From an uncultured cyanobacterium (lineage in GTDB: Bacteria > Cyanobacteriota > Cyanobacteriia > Cyanobacteriales > CAWUOF01), in the NCBI GenBank assembly GCA_963744145.1, contig CAVUSO010000001.1, positions 4,000,001 through 4,064,000 of the forward strand: a stretch of DNA of 64,000 bases. The letters run 5' to 3'. Numbering within the stretch: position 1 is the first letter of the stretch; every line of letters begins with the position of its first letter. Of the stretch, positions 8,998-19,415 are shown one piece after another. The notes under the pieces were generated by a model that saw only the letters and a program-made list of their open reading frames with translations, was not told the origin of the DNA and ran no database searches. The position numbers and the translations under genes were made by a program.

Positions 8998-11543
8998 ATT
9001 CCGATCTCCATATAAAAAGATTCAAATTTAAAATTACGTCCGGGAAAAATATCTATCAGAAGTCGATCATCTCTGCTAGGATCGACAGTATTGATAGGCA
9101 GCAATATTACGCGGTGTGCTGTAGAGGTTGATAGGTAAACATCAGGTAACATTCTCTCTTGAGAATGAAAAATTAAAGTAGGAATGCGGGGCGTTTTTAT
9201 TGGTTGATAGCTTTCAGGTTCAAAAAGGAATATGAAAGCACCATCTAATTTATTAGCTTCTTTAGTAAAAATGTTATGTAGTTCTTTAGGAGCAACAATG
9301 TTGTGAATGCCTTGTCCAATCAACCATCTTATTAAGTTATTGCGTCTTCTTTCCCAGTGTTTTTGTTCCACTGCATTATAAAAAATTAGTAATAATTTTT
9401 CTCCTCTTAGTAAGCGATTTAATTCCTCTCCTATACAAAAGTAAGGCTGTTGCCATATTAATGGAGATGCAATTATCCTTTCTGAGAAAGGTTCATCATG
9501 TTGTTTTCTACAAAAAGCACACCCACCACAAGCAGTAAAAACTCTAACTGCTTTCCTAAATGTTGGGTTTTCTCTTCGAGCAATAGTATAAGCTTCTTCA
9601 AAAATCTTCGAGATACATCGCTTAGGTTTTTTCTCCAAAGCTTCTTTCATCAATTGGAGATTATGGTAGCTTAAGTTTTGCCTTTGCGAACGTATTGGCT
9701 CAACTTCTGATTGCCAGACTTCTGGTTTTAAATGATACTCATTTATGATTTCAATCAGACGGCTGTTTCGGTGTTTATCTAAAGATTGAATGTAAGCATG
9801 ATCTGATTCAAAGTCTTTTCTTTGAGGAGGTTTTTGAGAATCTAATTTAATTAACCCAGTCCGACTTATTAAAGTTAAGGTGCGGATATTCCAAGCGCGA
9901 TTTTTTTCGCTATCCATATCAATATCGCCCTCTCGTAATGAAGGAGGAATATTGATAGGAACTAAAAACTTACCATCGGGGGTCATTTTCTGGCGATCGA
10001 ACATACTCTGCCATCGTTGCAGACCTCGTTCGATGGTGATCATTGCTTTTTCATTAAGCTCTTTGGCAATTTTTTGGTCTTCATTTGTATACAATGTTAA
10101 AGAGATTGCGGCTTTACCGTCCCTTCCCCCTCGTCCTACTTCTTGATAGAAACGGTCAATGGTTTCTGGAATACAAACATGAAGAACTGCACGCACGTCC
10201 GCTTGATCCACACCTAAGCCAAAAGCGGAAGTAGCAATAACTAGATCAATCTTTCTCTCTCGCCAATATTGAATTAGCTGCGATCGCGCTTTAGTAGTTG
10301 ATTTCCCAGTCATTACTGCATATCTTTTAAATCCTGCGGTAGATAACTCTTTTGCCCAGCGCTTTACGTCATCAACCTTGGTCGCATAAATAATCAGTGG
10401 ACGGGGTAAGTGATAAATCACTTCTAACAAGCGTTCTGTTCTAATCTCTTCACTTTGACACCAAGCAAACCAGTAAGCAGGTTCTGGGCGCAACTGCACC
10501 GCAGAAATAACTTCAAATTGTCCTGATTGTCCAAACAGTGTTTCCAAAGTATCCAAGCATGATTCTGTTAAAGTAGCAGTCAGCAATAGGGTATTAAAAG
10601 TAGAAAGACGCAATAAGTCTCGACGTAAACCCGGAAGCTCTTGAAAAGCAGGGCGAAATTCATCTCCCCACTGTTCAACCATGTGTGCTTCGTCAATGAC
10701 AAAATAACGCAACATTCCCAGTTTAGCAACTTCATAAAGGGAGGGAGCTAGAGAATCCATCAGGCTTTCAGGAGAAGTAAAAACAATTCGCTGAGTTCCT
10801 TGGCGAATTCTTTCCCGGATGGCTTCTCGCCTCTCTTTTCCTTCCTCCGACTCATCCCCATAATAAGCAGTAGAGTGATTAATAAAAGGTTGCAAAGCAC
10901 GTTCTTGGTCGAGTGCTAGTGCGGTTGTCGGAACAACTACCACACTCACCCCAGAAATGCGAGATTTGACCAAAGCAGGCAATTGAGCGCAGAGGCTTTT
11001 TCCCGAACCAGTTGGTAAATTAATAGTTAGGGTCGCACCTTCAGGCATAGTCAAAATAGCGCGAATTGCTTCACGCTGCCCACTACTACGGTAGCTGTTT
11101 AAGCCGACTAAATCAAGAAAAGGATCTCCTAGTTCTGGTTCATAATTTCGGCGGACTTCTTCCTTAAATACAGGTTGATCTGGGGGATAGTCGTTAGTAT
11201 GGTCAAGCCATTCTGGTTGCCAAGCATGAGCATTAATTAAAAAGTAGTCTGATTCCTCACGCAAAATCTTCATCCCACTTCGCTGCCAGATGTCTCGTTT
11301 AGAAGGGTAAGGAAAAGTTTTAGGCACTTTAAGGAAAGTAGAACTCCCCTGTAGTTCATCTTCCCGACGCAGAACATGACGCACCAAAGCCGCAATGTCC
11401 CCCACCCCTGGTGCGTGAGGAGTTCCCACCGCAGCCAAGGCTTCGAGTAAACGCCTCTGACAAGCTTCTGAAAATTGACTTGTATCAGCAGGAATCTTAC
11501 CTGTTTGGAGAACTTCTCTGAGTGCTTGGAATGAATCAGCCAT
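8994..11543 (-). CDS. dpdF: DpdF-like RecQ-family helicase
   Basis: LPTGSGKS, VIDEAH, ATSAFGLGVD, YQEVGRGGRDG, CGGCAFC; follows dpdE. Confidence 0.82.
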   Translation of the reverse strand: MADSFQALREVLQTGKIPADTSQFSEACQRRLLEALAAVGTPHAPGVGDIAALVRHVLRREDELQGSSTFLKVPKTFPYPSKRDIWQRSGMKILREESDYFLINAHAWQPEWLDHTNDYPPDQPVFKEEVRRNYEPELGDPFLDLVGLNSYRSSGQREAIRAILTMPEGATLTINLPTGSGKSLCAQLPALVKSRISGVSVVVVPTTALALDQERALQPFINHSTAYYGDESEEGKERREAIRERIRQGTQRIVFTSPESLMDSLAPSLYEVAKLGMLRYFVIDEAHMVEQWGDEFRPAFQELPGLRRDLLRLSTFNTLLLTATLTESCLDTLETLFGQSGQFEVISAVQLRPEPAYWFAWCQSEEIRTERLLEVIYHLPRPLIIYATKVDDVKRWAKELSTAGFKRYAVMTGKSTTKARSQLIQYWRERKIDLVIATSAFGLGVDQADVRAVLHVCIPETIDRFYQEVGRGGRDGKAAISLTLYTNEDQKIAKELNEKAMITIERGLQRWQSMFDRQKMTPDGKFLVPINIPPSLREGDIDMDSEKNRAWNIRTLTLISRTGLIKLDSQKPPQRKDFESDHAYIQSLDKHRNSRLIEIINEYHLKPEVWQSEVEPIRSQRQNLSYHNLQLMKEALEKKPKRCISKIFEEAYTIARRENPTFRKAVRVFTACGGCAFCRKQHDEPFSERIIASPLIWQQPYFCIGEELNRLLRGEKLLLIFYNAVEQKHWERRRNNLIRWLIGQGIHNIVAPKELHNIFTKEANKLDGAFIFLFEPESYQPIKTPRIPTLIFHSQERMLPDVYLSTSTAHRVILLPINTVDPSRDDRLLIDIFPGRNFKFESFYMEIGI

Positions 11544-14500
11544 TACTCATCTCCCTCTACCCGAAATTGAGCTGGATGTCGCCCAGAAATGATGATAAAT
11601 CCTACAGAATCAAGCTTGATTTGGGGATAGCGAATTCCTGGTAAAATGGCTTGACTTAAGGCAGTTTCCATGCTAACTTCCTTGGCTAATAATGAAGGCG
11701 AATCTCCTTGGCGTTCAGCTAATCGATTAAGACGTAAGCGTAGCTGATCTACTCTATTTCCTAGTTTTTGTTCGGCTATTTTAGCCCGTTGTTCGCAGAC
11801 TGAAATAAAAGCAGTGCGATCGCGCAATAATATTTCAGAAGTCCGACGCACCTGATGGCATAAATCTTCCCACTTGCTAGCATCAATAAACTCATTGATA
11901 ATCGGTAATCGATCTTTTGCTAAGTTGTAATCTCTCTGTGAATCACTACCTTTAACCCTGTAGGAACGTTGCAGAATATTCAACAGTAATTCATCTTCAA
12001 CAATGCTCATTGGTTCATAGCGAATATCAATGAAAACAGTCTCTATAATTGGAGAAAATAGGGCATCTATGCGTCGCTTTAGAGCTTTGTATTTGTGATG
12101 ATCTATCCCAAAATCTGTTAAAACTTTTTGGGCTATTTCTAAATTGGCTTCGGCTATATAATTAAAGCGAAAACCAAACCATTCCATCCCTTCCCCAGTA
12201 TCCCAAGATTCATCACATCGCCACATGGCAAATGCTTTACCCCGATCATCCCAATTAATATAAGATGCTAGTGCTTCTACAAATCCTTCTCCAATTCGGT
12301 AGAGATTGACACCAGGATTTTGAGTTGATATTCTCCGGTTATAAGTACCAGATTGCTCTGCATAAGCAGCAAAGTGAGTTTTTAGATCGTTAATGGGAAT
12401 TAAAGTTTGCATAGTAGGTTGGTAGCGCACTTTTACTAAATTTGGATCTTGAATTGGCTTGAATTTTAGTGTTTGACAAATCCAATTTTCAGTTGCTCGT
12501 TTAATTTCCTGATGTTGAGCATCATATTCATCTAAAGCTTCAAAATATTGAGTGGCAATTTCATTCTGAGCATCAATTTCATCTAAAGCATTTTGTTCAC
12601 TGATTTTTACCTGTTCTTCAGCGATTTCCTGTTGGATAGCTGGGATCATTTCTAATAGTCCAATCGCACCTAGTTGAAACAGTGCTGCTTCCAGTTCTGG
12701 TAATTTTTTATCTACATAAAACTGAAGACTAGCTATTGATTGACGAAAGATACCGAAACCGTCTTTTAATAATTCATACCAAGCATTGTGAGGGCTATCC
12801 TGTAAGTCTGCACCTGCAAATACTGTAAACTTAACATTTATTGGACGACCAATGCGATCGATCCTACCAATTCTTTGTTCTAATCGATTTGGTGACCAGG
12901 GCAGATCGAAATGAATCATCCAATCCACAAACTGAAAATTGCGACCTTCTTCACCAGAGGAATCACAAACAAGAATGAAACAATTTGGGTCATTTTTAAA
13001 TTGATTAAGGTTTTTTTCAACATCGGAACGAGATTGTCCTAATTGATGACTTGCAACAGTTCCATGACCAAAAATATCTGATAAGCATCGGAAAATTTCA
13101 GCAGCAGTTTGCACAAAACTGGTGAAAATGACAACTTTAGGTAACGAGTCCCCTGATATCGGTTTACGAATTTGCTTTTGTACTTGTTCGGTCAATTTGC
13201 TCAGGTTGCTGCGATAAGATTGAAGATGAAAACGTTCTGAAAAATGATAAAGTAGCACTATTTTTAGTAGCTCAATGCGATCGCCATCTTCAGAAGGCTG
13301 CTGAATAACTTTTAGCAAACCTGCCAAAATCTCTTCTTCCCCTGGAAATTTAGTAGTCTGAGTCAAAATACGGATGTCGTCAGAGCCAAATTCTTGCATC
13401 AGGTTAGAGGGAAAAATAGACTTTAAACGGGCTGCAACTAGCTGTTCTAAAATTCTTAGCCAAGTTCCTGAAGCCCGAAAGAAAAGCAGAAAAATTCGTT
13501 GATATTCTTGTTGTTCGTGAGGAGCAATAGTTCGCCACTCATCAATCAGCTCGTGAATTTCTTGGGAACGCTCATCTAATTCATACTCTACTGTTGGCGT
13601 AATACTGCGGTCAAAAATTACATCTTCCACCGAAGCGCGACGGTTACGAAGCATCCGACGGTGTAACCGATAAGTGTCGCTGATGTGAGTACGAATTGCT
13701 CGGACAATTTTATCTCGCTCTGTGGGAATTGTTTCTTTGGCAACCAAACAATTTTGTAAATCTTCTGCTAGATTAAGTAAATAATTATCTTCAGCAAAAA
13801 GGTTTCGCAGTTGGTTCAAGTTAGTTTTAAGAACAAAGGGATTTGCTCCTTCTTTAAAGGAAAGTAAAATCCGACCAATTTGTTGACGATTTTTTACCCT
13901 AGTCCGAAAACCCTCTAAATCATTCAGTTGATAAGTAATTGGATCGAGCAGGTGCAACATGGTGAGAAAATCTTGCTCGTGATTGAGAACTGGAGTTGCA
14001 GATAATAGGAGTAGGCGATCGCTTTGATGAGCAAGATCTCTATAAGTCTCAAAACGTCGGCGCTGGATCGAATCTGGAGAAGTCGCCATTGCCGCAATAT
14101 GATGCGCTTCATCTAAAATTAAAAAGCCTAAATTAGCATTTGGACTGATCTGATCGACATCCTCTAATGCCAGTATCTGCACGCGATTCAGAAACTCAGA
14201 GAGATAGAATTTATTTTTTAATTCTTGAAACCATTGTTCCCGCAGGTATTGCGGTACTAATATCACCACTGCAAGTCCTTGGGGTTCATCGAGGAGATAT
14301 TGGTAAAGAATAATAGCAGCTTCGATCGTCTTTCCTAATCCAACTTCATCCGCTAACAGGTAACGTTGAATTGGGTCTTCCAGTACGCGCCGAACAACTT
14401 CAACTTGATGAGGATAAAGGTCAATCTTGGCAGAAATCAGCCCTGTCATCCCACGACTGACAGCGCGTTGCTGGATGAGACTTATGACAAAAGCTAAACG

Positions 14501-14938
14501 TCGATCATGGAAATAGGGCGTTTCCTGACCCTTCATTGCTAGTGTTTCAATCGGGTCGTCAATAGGTAGGTGACAACGAACATAAATTTCCTGCTCCTTA
14601 ACTAACGCGATCTTTTTATCGGGTAGATCAATTCGATACAGACCTTTTTGTTCATCCCAGTCAAAAATTCTGCCAATTATCCATGTATCCTGGTTTTCTG
14701 GCTTAATGTAGCATCGGGTCTGAAATGAGAGTCGAACTCGATCGAGTAAACTTAAAGGTAAGGTTATTTGAAGGCGTTGTCCAATTGAGCAGAAGTATTC
14801 AACCGTTGCTTTAGAGTTAGATAGCTCGGTAACTTTTCCTATACCTAAGTCGTCGTTTGGCGATTTTCCTGGAGAGATGCTGAGGGTATCCGTACCACTA
14901 CAAGAATGCGATCGCACCAACGAACCAAGTTCAATCAT
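11543..14938 (-). CDS. dpdE: DpdE-like SNF2/RapA-type helicase
   Basis: LLADEVGLGKT, ILDEAHH, LLLSATP, DLPWSPNRLEQRIGRIDR; ATG at 14938 preferred to GTG at 14956. Confidence 0.82.
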   Translation of the reverse strand: MIELGSLVRSHSCSGTDTLSISPGKSPNDDLGIGKVTELSNSKATVEYFCSIGQRLQITLPLSLLDRVRLSFQTRCYIKPENQDTWIIGRIFDWDEQKGLYRIDLPDKKIALVKEQEIYVRCHLPIDDPIETLAMKGQETPYFHDRRLAFVISLIQQRAVSRGMTGLISAKIDLYPHQVEVVRRVLEDPIQRYLLADEVGLGKTIEAAIILYQYLLDEPQGLAVVILVPQYLREQWFQELKNKFYLSEFLNRVQILALEDVDQISPNANLGFLILDEAHHIAAMATSPDSIQRRRFETYRDLAHQSDRLLLLSATPVLNHEQDFLTMLHLLDPITYQLNDLEGFRTRVKNRQQIGRILLSFKEGANPFVLKTNLNQLRNLFAEDNYLLNLAEDLQNCLVAKETIPTERDKIVRAIRTHISDTYRLHRRMLRNRRASVEDVIFDRSITPTVEYELDERSQEIHELIDEWRTIAPHEQQEYQRIFLLFFRASGTWLRILEQLVAARLKSIFPSNLMQEFGSDDIRILTQTTKFPGEEEILAGLLKVIQQPSEDGDRIELLKIVLLYHFSERFHLQSYRSNLSKLTEQVQKQIRKPISGDSLPKVVIFTSFVQTAAEIFRCLSDIFGHGTVASHQLGQSRSDVEKNLNQFKNDPNCFILVCDSSGEEGRNFQFVDWMIHFDLPWSPNRLEQRIGRIDRIGRPINVKFTVFAGADLQDSPHNAWYELLKDGFGIFRQSIASLQFYVDKKLPELEAALFQLGAIGLLEMIPAIQQEIAEEQVKISEQNALDEIDAQNEIATQYFEALDEYDAQHQEIKRATENWICQTLKFKPIQDPNLVKVRYQPTMQTLIPINDLKTHFAAYAEQSGTYNRRISTQNPGVNLYRIGEGFVEALASYINWDDRGKAFAMWRCDESWDTGEGMEWFGFRFNYIAEANLEIAQKVLTDFGIDHHKYKALKRRIDALFSPIIETVFIDIRYEPMSIVEDELLLNILQRSYRVKGSDSQRDYNLAKDRLPIINEFIDASKWEDLCHQVRRTSEILLRDRTAFISVCEQRAKIAEQKLGNRVDQLRLRLNRLAERQGDSPSLLAKEVSMETALSQAILPGIRYPQIKLDSVGFIIISGRHPAQFRVEGDE

Positions 14939-15260
14939 AGTTCCGGACCTAAACACTGCCTCTTTCTAGAATTCCCTGGAGCGAACCAAAAACTACCAGA
15001 TTAATTTAATTTTCCATCCTTTTTGTGCTTGGTATTGAACTACTGCTTGCGATCGGCTGCCAATCAAGAAGTATAGCCCAAATCTTTCCTGGTCGTCACG
15101 AGCGTTCCACCATAGCCAATTGGTAGAATTAGCCCATACATTATACTTTTTAAGCAAATCCAGAAGGTCTAATTGGGAAACTCACTTTTAACACCAATTG
15201 TATAGGATGATAGCTCCAACGTCAAGAACCTGACTTTGCTAATGGCTATATTACAAAAAA

Positions 15261-16451
15261 TTAGAAAATATCTGCGGGATCAGCTGAACGTAATTTACCG
15301 ACTGCGATCGCTCCGGAAATAGTACACATGACAATGGACATAATTAGGACAAATATAGCTCTATCACCTGTCATTGCGATCGGTAAACTGGTAGCATTTT
15401 TGACAAAATCGTAGAGTTTTAAACAGACAGTAAAACCAGGAATATAACCTAAAAACGATAAGATTAACGCTTCTTGAAAAACTACACCTAGTAAGTACAT
15501 ATCAGTATAACCCATAGCTTTGAGTGTTGCATATTCTGGTAAGTGATCAGCGACATCAGTATAAAGAACTTGATAGACAATCACAATTCCGACAATAAAA
15601 CCCATAATAGTACCGACAGTAAAAATAAACCCGATCGAGGTATTTTTTTGCCAATAGTTTTTTTCAAATTCTACAAATTCATCACGGGTAAGAACTCTCA
15701 CATCCTTTGATAATTTTGCTGCTAATTCCAACTGGACTTTTTTAACATCTGTACCTGGTTTTAGGTTAATCAACCCTACATTTATTTGACCAATTTTGCG
15801 ATTAGGAAAAATTCTTAAAAAATTCAAATCGCTAGTAATTAAAGAACCATCTGCACCAAAAGAAGCTCCTACACTAAATAATCCGATAATTTTAATTTTT
15901 CGTTTTTCCAGTTCAGGATAAACAATTTTTCCTTGTTCAACTTCTTTCACTACTGGTAAAAATTCTGGTCGAGATAGTCGATCAATCAGTGCTACATCTG
16001 GGAGTTTTATTTGATTTTGTTTTTGATTTATTTCTGGTAAATCAAAAATCGATCTTTTGGGGTCATACCCGATTACTAAAATGCGACGGTTAGAAATTTG
16101 CTCATTTAGATTTTTTCGATCTTGGTCGGTTAAATAAAACCAATCTGCTGTACCAATATACAAAGAATCAACAGATTCAACACTATCTAATTCCCGAGTT
16201 TTATACAATTGACGTTGAGAGAAATTAGTAATATTAATCAAAGCACGAGTCTTAGGACTGATTAAAATTAAGTCTGCTTTTAATTTCTGATGAATGCGGA
16301 TCGCACTATCATAAAGTGCATCTCGAAATCCCAATTGCATAAACATTAAAATAGTAGCAAAACCAATTCCTGCTAAAGCAACGAGTAGACGAATCTTTTC
16401 TTTAGAAAGTTGTAACCAAGCGAGAGGGATTTTTAAAATCATCTTGATCAT
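15261..16451 (-). CDS. devC: ABC exporter permease DevC (FtsX-like)
   Basis: IPLAWLQL start, YQVLYTDVADHLPEYATLKAMGY, ADPADIF end. Confidence 0.92.
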   Translation of the reverse strand: MIKMILKIPLAWLQLSKEKIRLLVALAGIGFATILMFMQLGFRDALYDSAIRIHQKLKADLILISPKTRALINITNFSQRQLYKTRELDSVESVDSLYIGTADWFYLTDQDRKNLNEQISNRRILVIGYDPKRSIFDLPEINQKQNQIKLPDVALIDRLSRPEFLPVVKEVEQGKIVYPELEKRKIKIIGLFSVGASFGADGSLITSDLNFLRIFPNRKIGQINVGLINLKPGTDVKKVQLELAAKLSKDVRVLTRDEFVEFEKNYWQKNTSIGFIFTVGTIMGFIVGIVIVYQVLYTDVADHLPEYATLKAMGYTDMYLLGVVFQEALILSFLGYIPGFTVCLKLYDFVKNATSLPIAMTGDRAIFVLIMSIVMCTISGAIAVGKLRSADPADIF

Positions 16452-16475
16452 CTCGATTAATAACTAAATAAAATC

Positions 16476-17852
16476 TTACGATTGCTCACATTTAGAAGTA
16501 TTAATTTTCACCTCGATTTTTAAATTAGTTAGTCCAGCAACTTTTTGACTATCCTCTGGATTAAGACGAATTTTTACTTCGACCACTCTCGCATCAATAT
16601 CCGCAGCTGGATCAGTATCTAGGATATCTTTTTTGCCAATTTGCAAACCAATTTGAGCAACTTTACCATGTAATTCTAAAGATTGAGGAGGATTTTCAGT
16701 TTCTGACAATTCCTGTTTAATTGCATCACTGGTAATCAATGCTGGTTGATTAAGACAGATCTTTTTAATATCACTTTCATAGATTTCTGCAACTGCATAC
16801 ATTTGATTAGTTTGACCGATATCAGCAATACCTTTATCGTTTACTTTTTCTCCAGGTCGAGTATTAATTTTTAAAATCTGTCCATTAATTGGCGATTTAA
16901 TATAAGCTAAATCAAGATCAGCATTAGCTTTTTCCACTGAAGCGATCGCACTATCAACATCAGCTTGAGCTGCTTGAAGATCAACTGGACGTACCTCAGC
17001 AATTCGATTCAAATTCGCTTTAGCTTCACTAATCTGTTCTAATCCAGTATCAACACTACGCTGAAGAGTTGCTTTAGCTTCATTAATTTGTTCTTGTAAA
17101 GTATCCACCGTTTTCTTCAGATTAGCTTTAGCTTCAGCTAATTGTTTAACACTAGTTTCCCAAGTTAACCGTTTAGTATCTCGGATTGAATCAGAAGTAG
17201 CACCATCAGCTGATAACTGCTCATATCTCTGAGCTTCTACTTGAGCATTATTTACTTCTGCTTCTAAGCGATCAATAGTTGCTTGTTGGGTACTAATTTC
17301 TCCTTGTAACTGAGATTCTAGACGAGTAATTGTTGAGATTTGAGTTTTGCGATCGCCATGTAATTGAGCTTGTAAACGAGCGATCGTTGCTTGTTGAGCG
17401 ATAATTTCCCCAGACTTAGCACCAGCTTTGACTTGTTCTAAACGGGACTCAGCAACTTTTACTTGTTGTTTAGCTTGTTCTAATGCTGCTTTTTTGGATG
17501 CTAAACTATCTAAAACTGCAACTACATCTCCTTGACGAACTCGATCTCCTTCTTTAACATTAAGAGTCAAAACTCTGCTACCATCCAAAGAATTAGCAGC
17601 AGAGAGTTGGATTACTTCCCCTTCTGGTTCCAAACGTCCTAAAGCACTAACCGCAGGATCAGGAAGTGGAGTAGGTGTAGGGATCTTGTTGGTTGAAGAG
17701 AGAGCTGTCACCTGAAATACTTTGGATAAAGCTATACCCCCGATCGCTAAAGCTAAAGCAACGGTTAACCCTACAGTCCAACGACCGACTGGTTTTAAAA
17801 ATGGTTTTTGTTTCCCATCTGACGGTTTTTCCATATTATGACCAATCGCCAT
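16476..17852 (-). CDS. devB: ABC exporter membrane fusion protein DevB (HlyD family)
   Basis: VSALGRLEPEGEVI, long coiled coil, DPAADIDARVVEVKIRL. Confidence 0.9.
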   Translation of the reverse strand: MAIGHNMEKPSDGKQKPFLKPVGRWTVGLTVALALAIGGIALSKVFQVTALSSTNKIPTPTPLPDPAVSALGRLEPEGEVIQLSAANSLDGSRVLTLNVKEGDRVRQGDVVAVLDSLASKKAALEQAKQQVKVAESRLEQVKAGAKSGEIIAQQATIARLQAQLHGDRKTQISTITRLESQLQGEISTQQATIDRLEAEVNNAQVEAQRYEQLSADGATSDSIRDTKRLTWETSVKQLAEAKANLKKTVDTLQEQINEAKATLQRSVDTGLEQISEAKANLNRIAEVRPVDLQAAQADVDSAIASVEKANADLDLAYIKSPINGQILKINTRPGEKVNDKGIADIGQTNQMYAVAEIYESDIKKICLNQPALITSDAIKQELSETENPPQSLELHGKVAQIGLQIGKKDILDTDPAADIDARVVEVKIRLNPEDSQKVAGLTNLKIEVKINTSKCEQS

Positions 17853-17864
17853 TTTTTGCTAAAC

Positions 17865-18602
17865 CTAACCAACAAAGTCAAACAAAACATTAGTCATATA
17901 ATAATTTGCCCATTCAGGTCCAAAAGCTTTTTCCAAAACTCGTCGAGTTTTATCATTTTGCTGTTGTTTAGTACAGTAATAACGTTGACCAGCTAAAATC
18001 CGATCCTGTTCAACCAGATCAACTGGTTCAGCAGCGATCGCTTGGGTACAATGAATTTTGAGATATTCCTCCACTTGTCCCAGAAACCATGATTCTTCCT
18101 GTCCCGCACTGGGTCGAACAAAGAGACAAAATTCGGAAAAAATATCTCCCCATTCGGGTAAATCGCGAGGTTGAGAAAATTGTAGCTTAGGTAAGCTACT
18201 TAAAGCAGAATTATACGCCGCAGGTAAGGTTAGTTCTGGGTTAGTGGGAGAAAGATCAGCGATCGCAGCACTAATAATACCTTTTCCTCCGACTAAATCT
18301 GTCCCAAACATCGGGAGATTAAAGTTAGTACGAGGAAACATGACACAATGCAAAATATCAAGTCCAGTCCCTACTTTGGCTAATTCTAGATGAATTTTCC
18401 GAAACTGGGGGGTTTGATAACAGCGGTTTTCAATGACCAGCTTTTCCCCTTCTAAACGTCCTTCTACATAACCTAAGTCCTTTGGTAGTTCATAGGGGGA
18501 TAGATTTAAGTAATGATGCCAGATTTTTTCCATCAAATTAGCTAAATCACGAATCAGGGGATGTTGTTCTTCACGGAGAGAGGGTTTTAGGGTTTCTGAC
18601 AT
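17865..18602 (-). CDS. pcyA: Phycocyanobilin:ferredoxin oxidoreductase
   Basis: IENRCYQTPQFRKIHLELA, LDILHCVMFP, QQQNDKTRRVLEKAFG. Confidence 0.96.
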   Translation of the reverse strand: MSETLKPSLREEQHPLIRDLANLMEKIWHHYLNLSPYELPKDLGYVEGRLEGEKLVIENRCYQTPQFRKIHLELAKVGTGLDILHCVMFPRTNFNLPMFGTDLVGGKGIISAAIADLSPTNPELTLPAAYNSALSSLPKLQFSQPRDLPEWGDIFSEFCLFVRPSAGQEESWFLGQVEEYLKIHCTQAIAAEPVDLVEQDRILAGQRYYCTKQQQNDKTRRVLEKAFGPEWANYYMTNVLFDFVG

Positions 18603-18878
18603 GATGAGTATAGTAAAAATATGGTTTTCTCTCGTGTTGAGCTAAACAAGACCCAAACCACGAGCAAAAACAATTGCTCTCGTCAGCATATCAAAAGGTG
18701 CGATCAACTGGGTTATTGAGAAATTTATGACCTGATTAATTTTAGCCAACCCATGACTTTTTGCATACAAAGATAATTAACTATACTCATGCTGGAAGTC
18801 ATTACTTTCTCTACTACTACAGACAAGGTTAATTGAATATAGTTTAAGTATAAAAAATATTAAGCAGGAATAAGGATT

Positions 18879-19097
18879 ATGAAAATTATTAAAATTGGAT
18901 TTTTAATTATTCGTTTAGCTGGTTTAACTGGGGGAACATTATTTTTTATTTCTCCTGCTAATGCTGCTCCAGTTTACTCACCATATCATCATAGCAAAGA
19001 AGCAGAATTACCTAGAGCTGAAAAACGTCGTCTCACTGAAGAAATCCGTAGATTTGAAGAACTACGTCTGGCACAAGAACGTCGTCGAATTGAATAA
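18879..19097 (+). CDS. Small secreted hypothetical protein with Arg/Glu-rich tail
   Basis: Signal peptide ending PANA; EEIRRFEELR resembles the 20469-20777 product. Confidence 0.55.
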   Translation: MKIIKIGFLIIRLAGLTGGTLFFISPANAAPVYSPYHHSKEAELPRAEKRRLTEEIRRFEELRLAQERRRIE

Positions 19098-19288
19098 TTA
19101 CCTATGGGTGATTTAATTTGGTATTTCTTCTGAATCTCTGCCATAGTCATTGTATAAAACCCCGTATAAAGTTGCGGGATTTTACACGCTCATTTGATAG
19201 GTAGCAATAGGTTGTATAAAAATATTGTATAAACCATATAAACGCTAGAACAACGCAATACCAATTTTTTCAGCTCGTATCGTATAAT

Positions 19289-19332
19289 TTTTATCCGCTC
19301 ACCTATAAAATTTTATCCGCTCACCTATAAAA
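19289..19332. repeat. 22-bp tandem repeat (TTTTATCCGCTCACCTATAAAA x2)
   Basis: Exact duplication; each unit is TTTTAT-N10-ATAAAA. Confidence 0.85.
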
Positions 19333-19415
19333 TATTTATATATTTTCTTTGCTCGTAGTATATAAAAATACACAATGTCAACTATAATCAGGGTAATTTT
19401 ACAAAACGATACACT

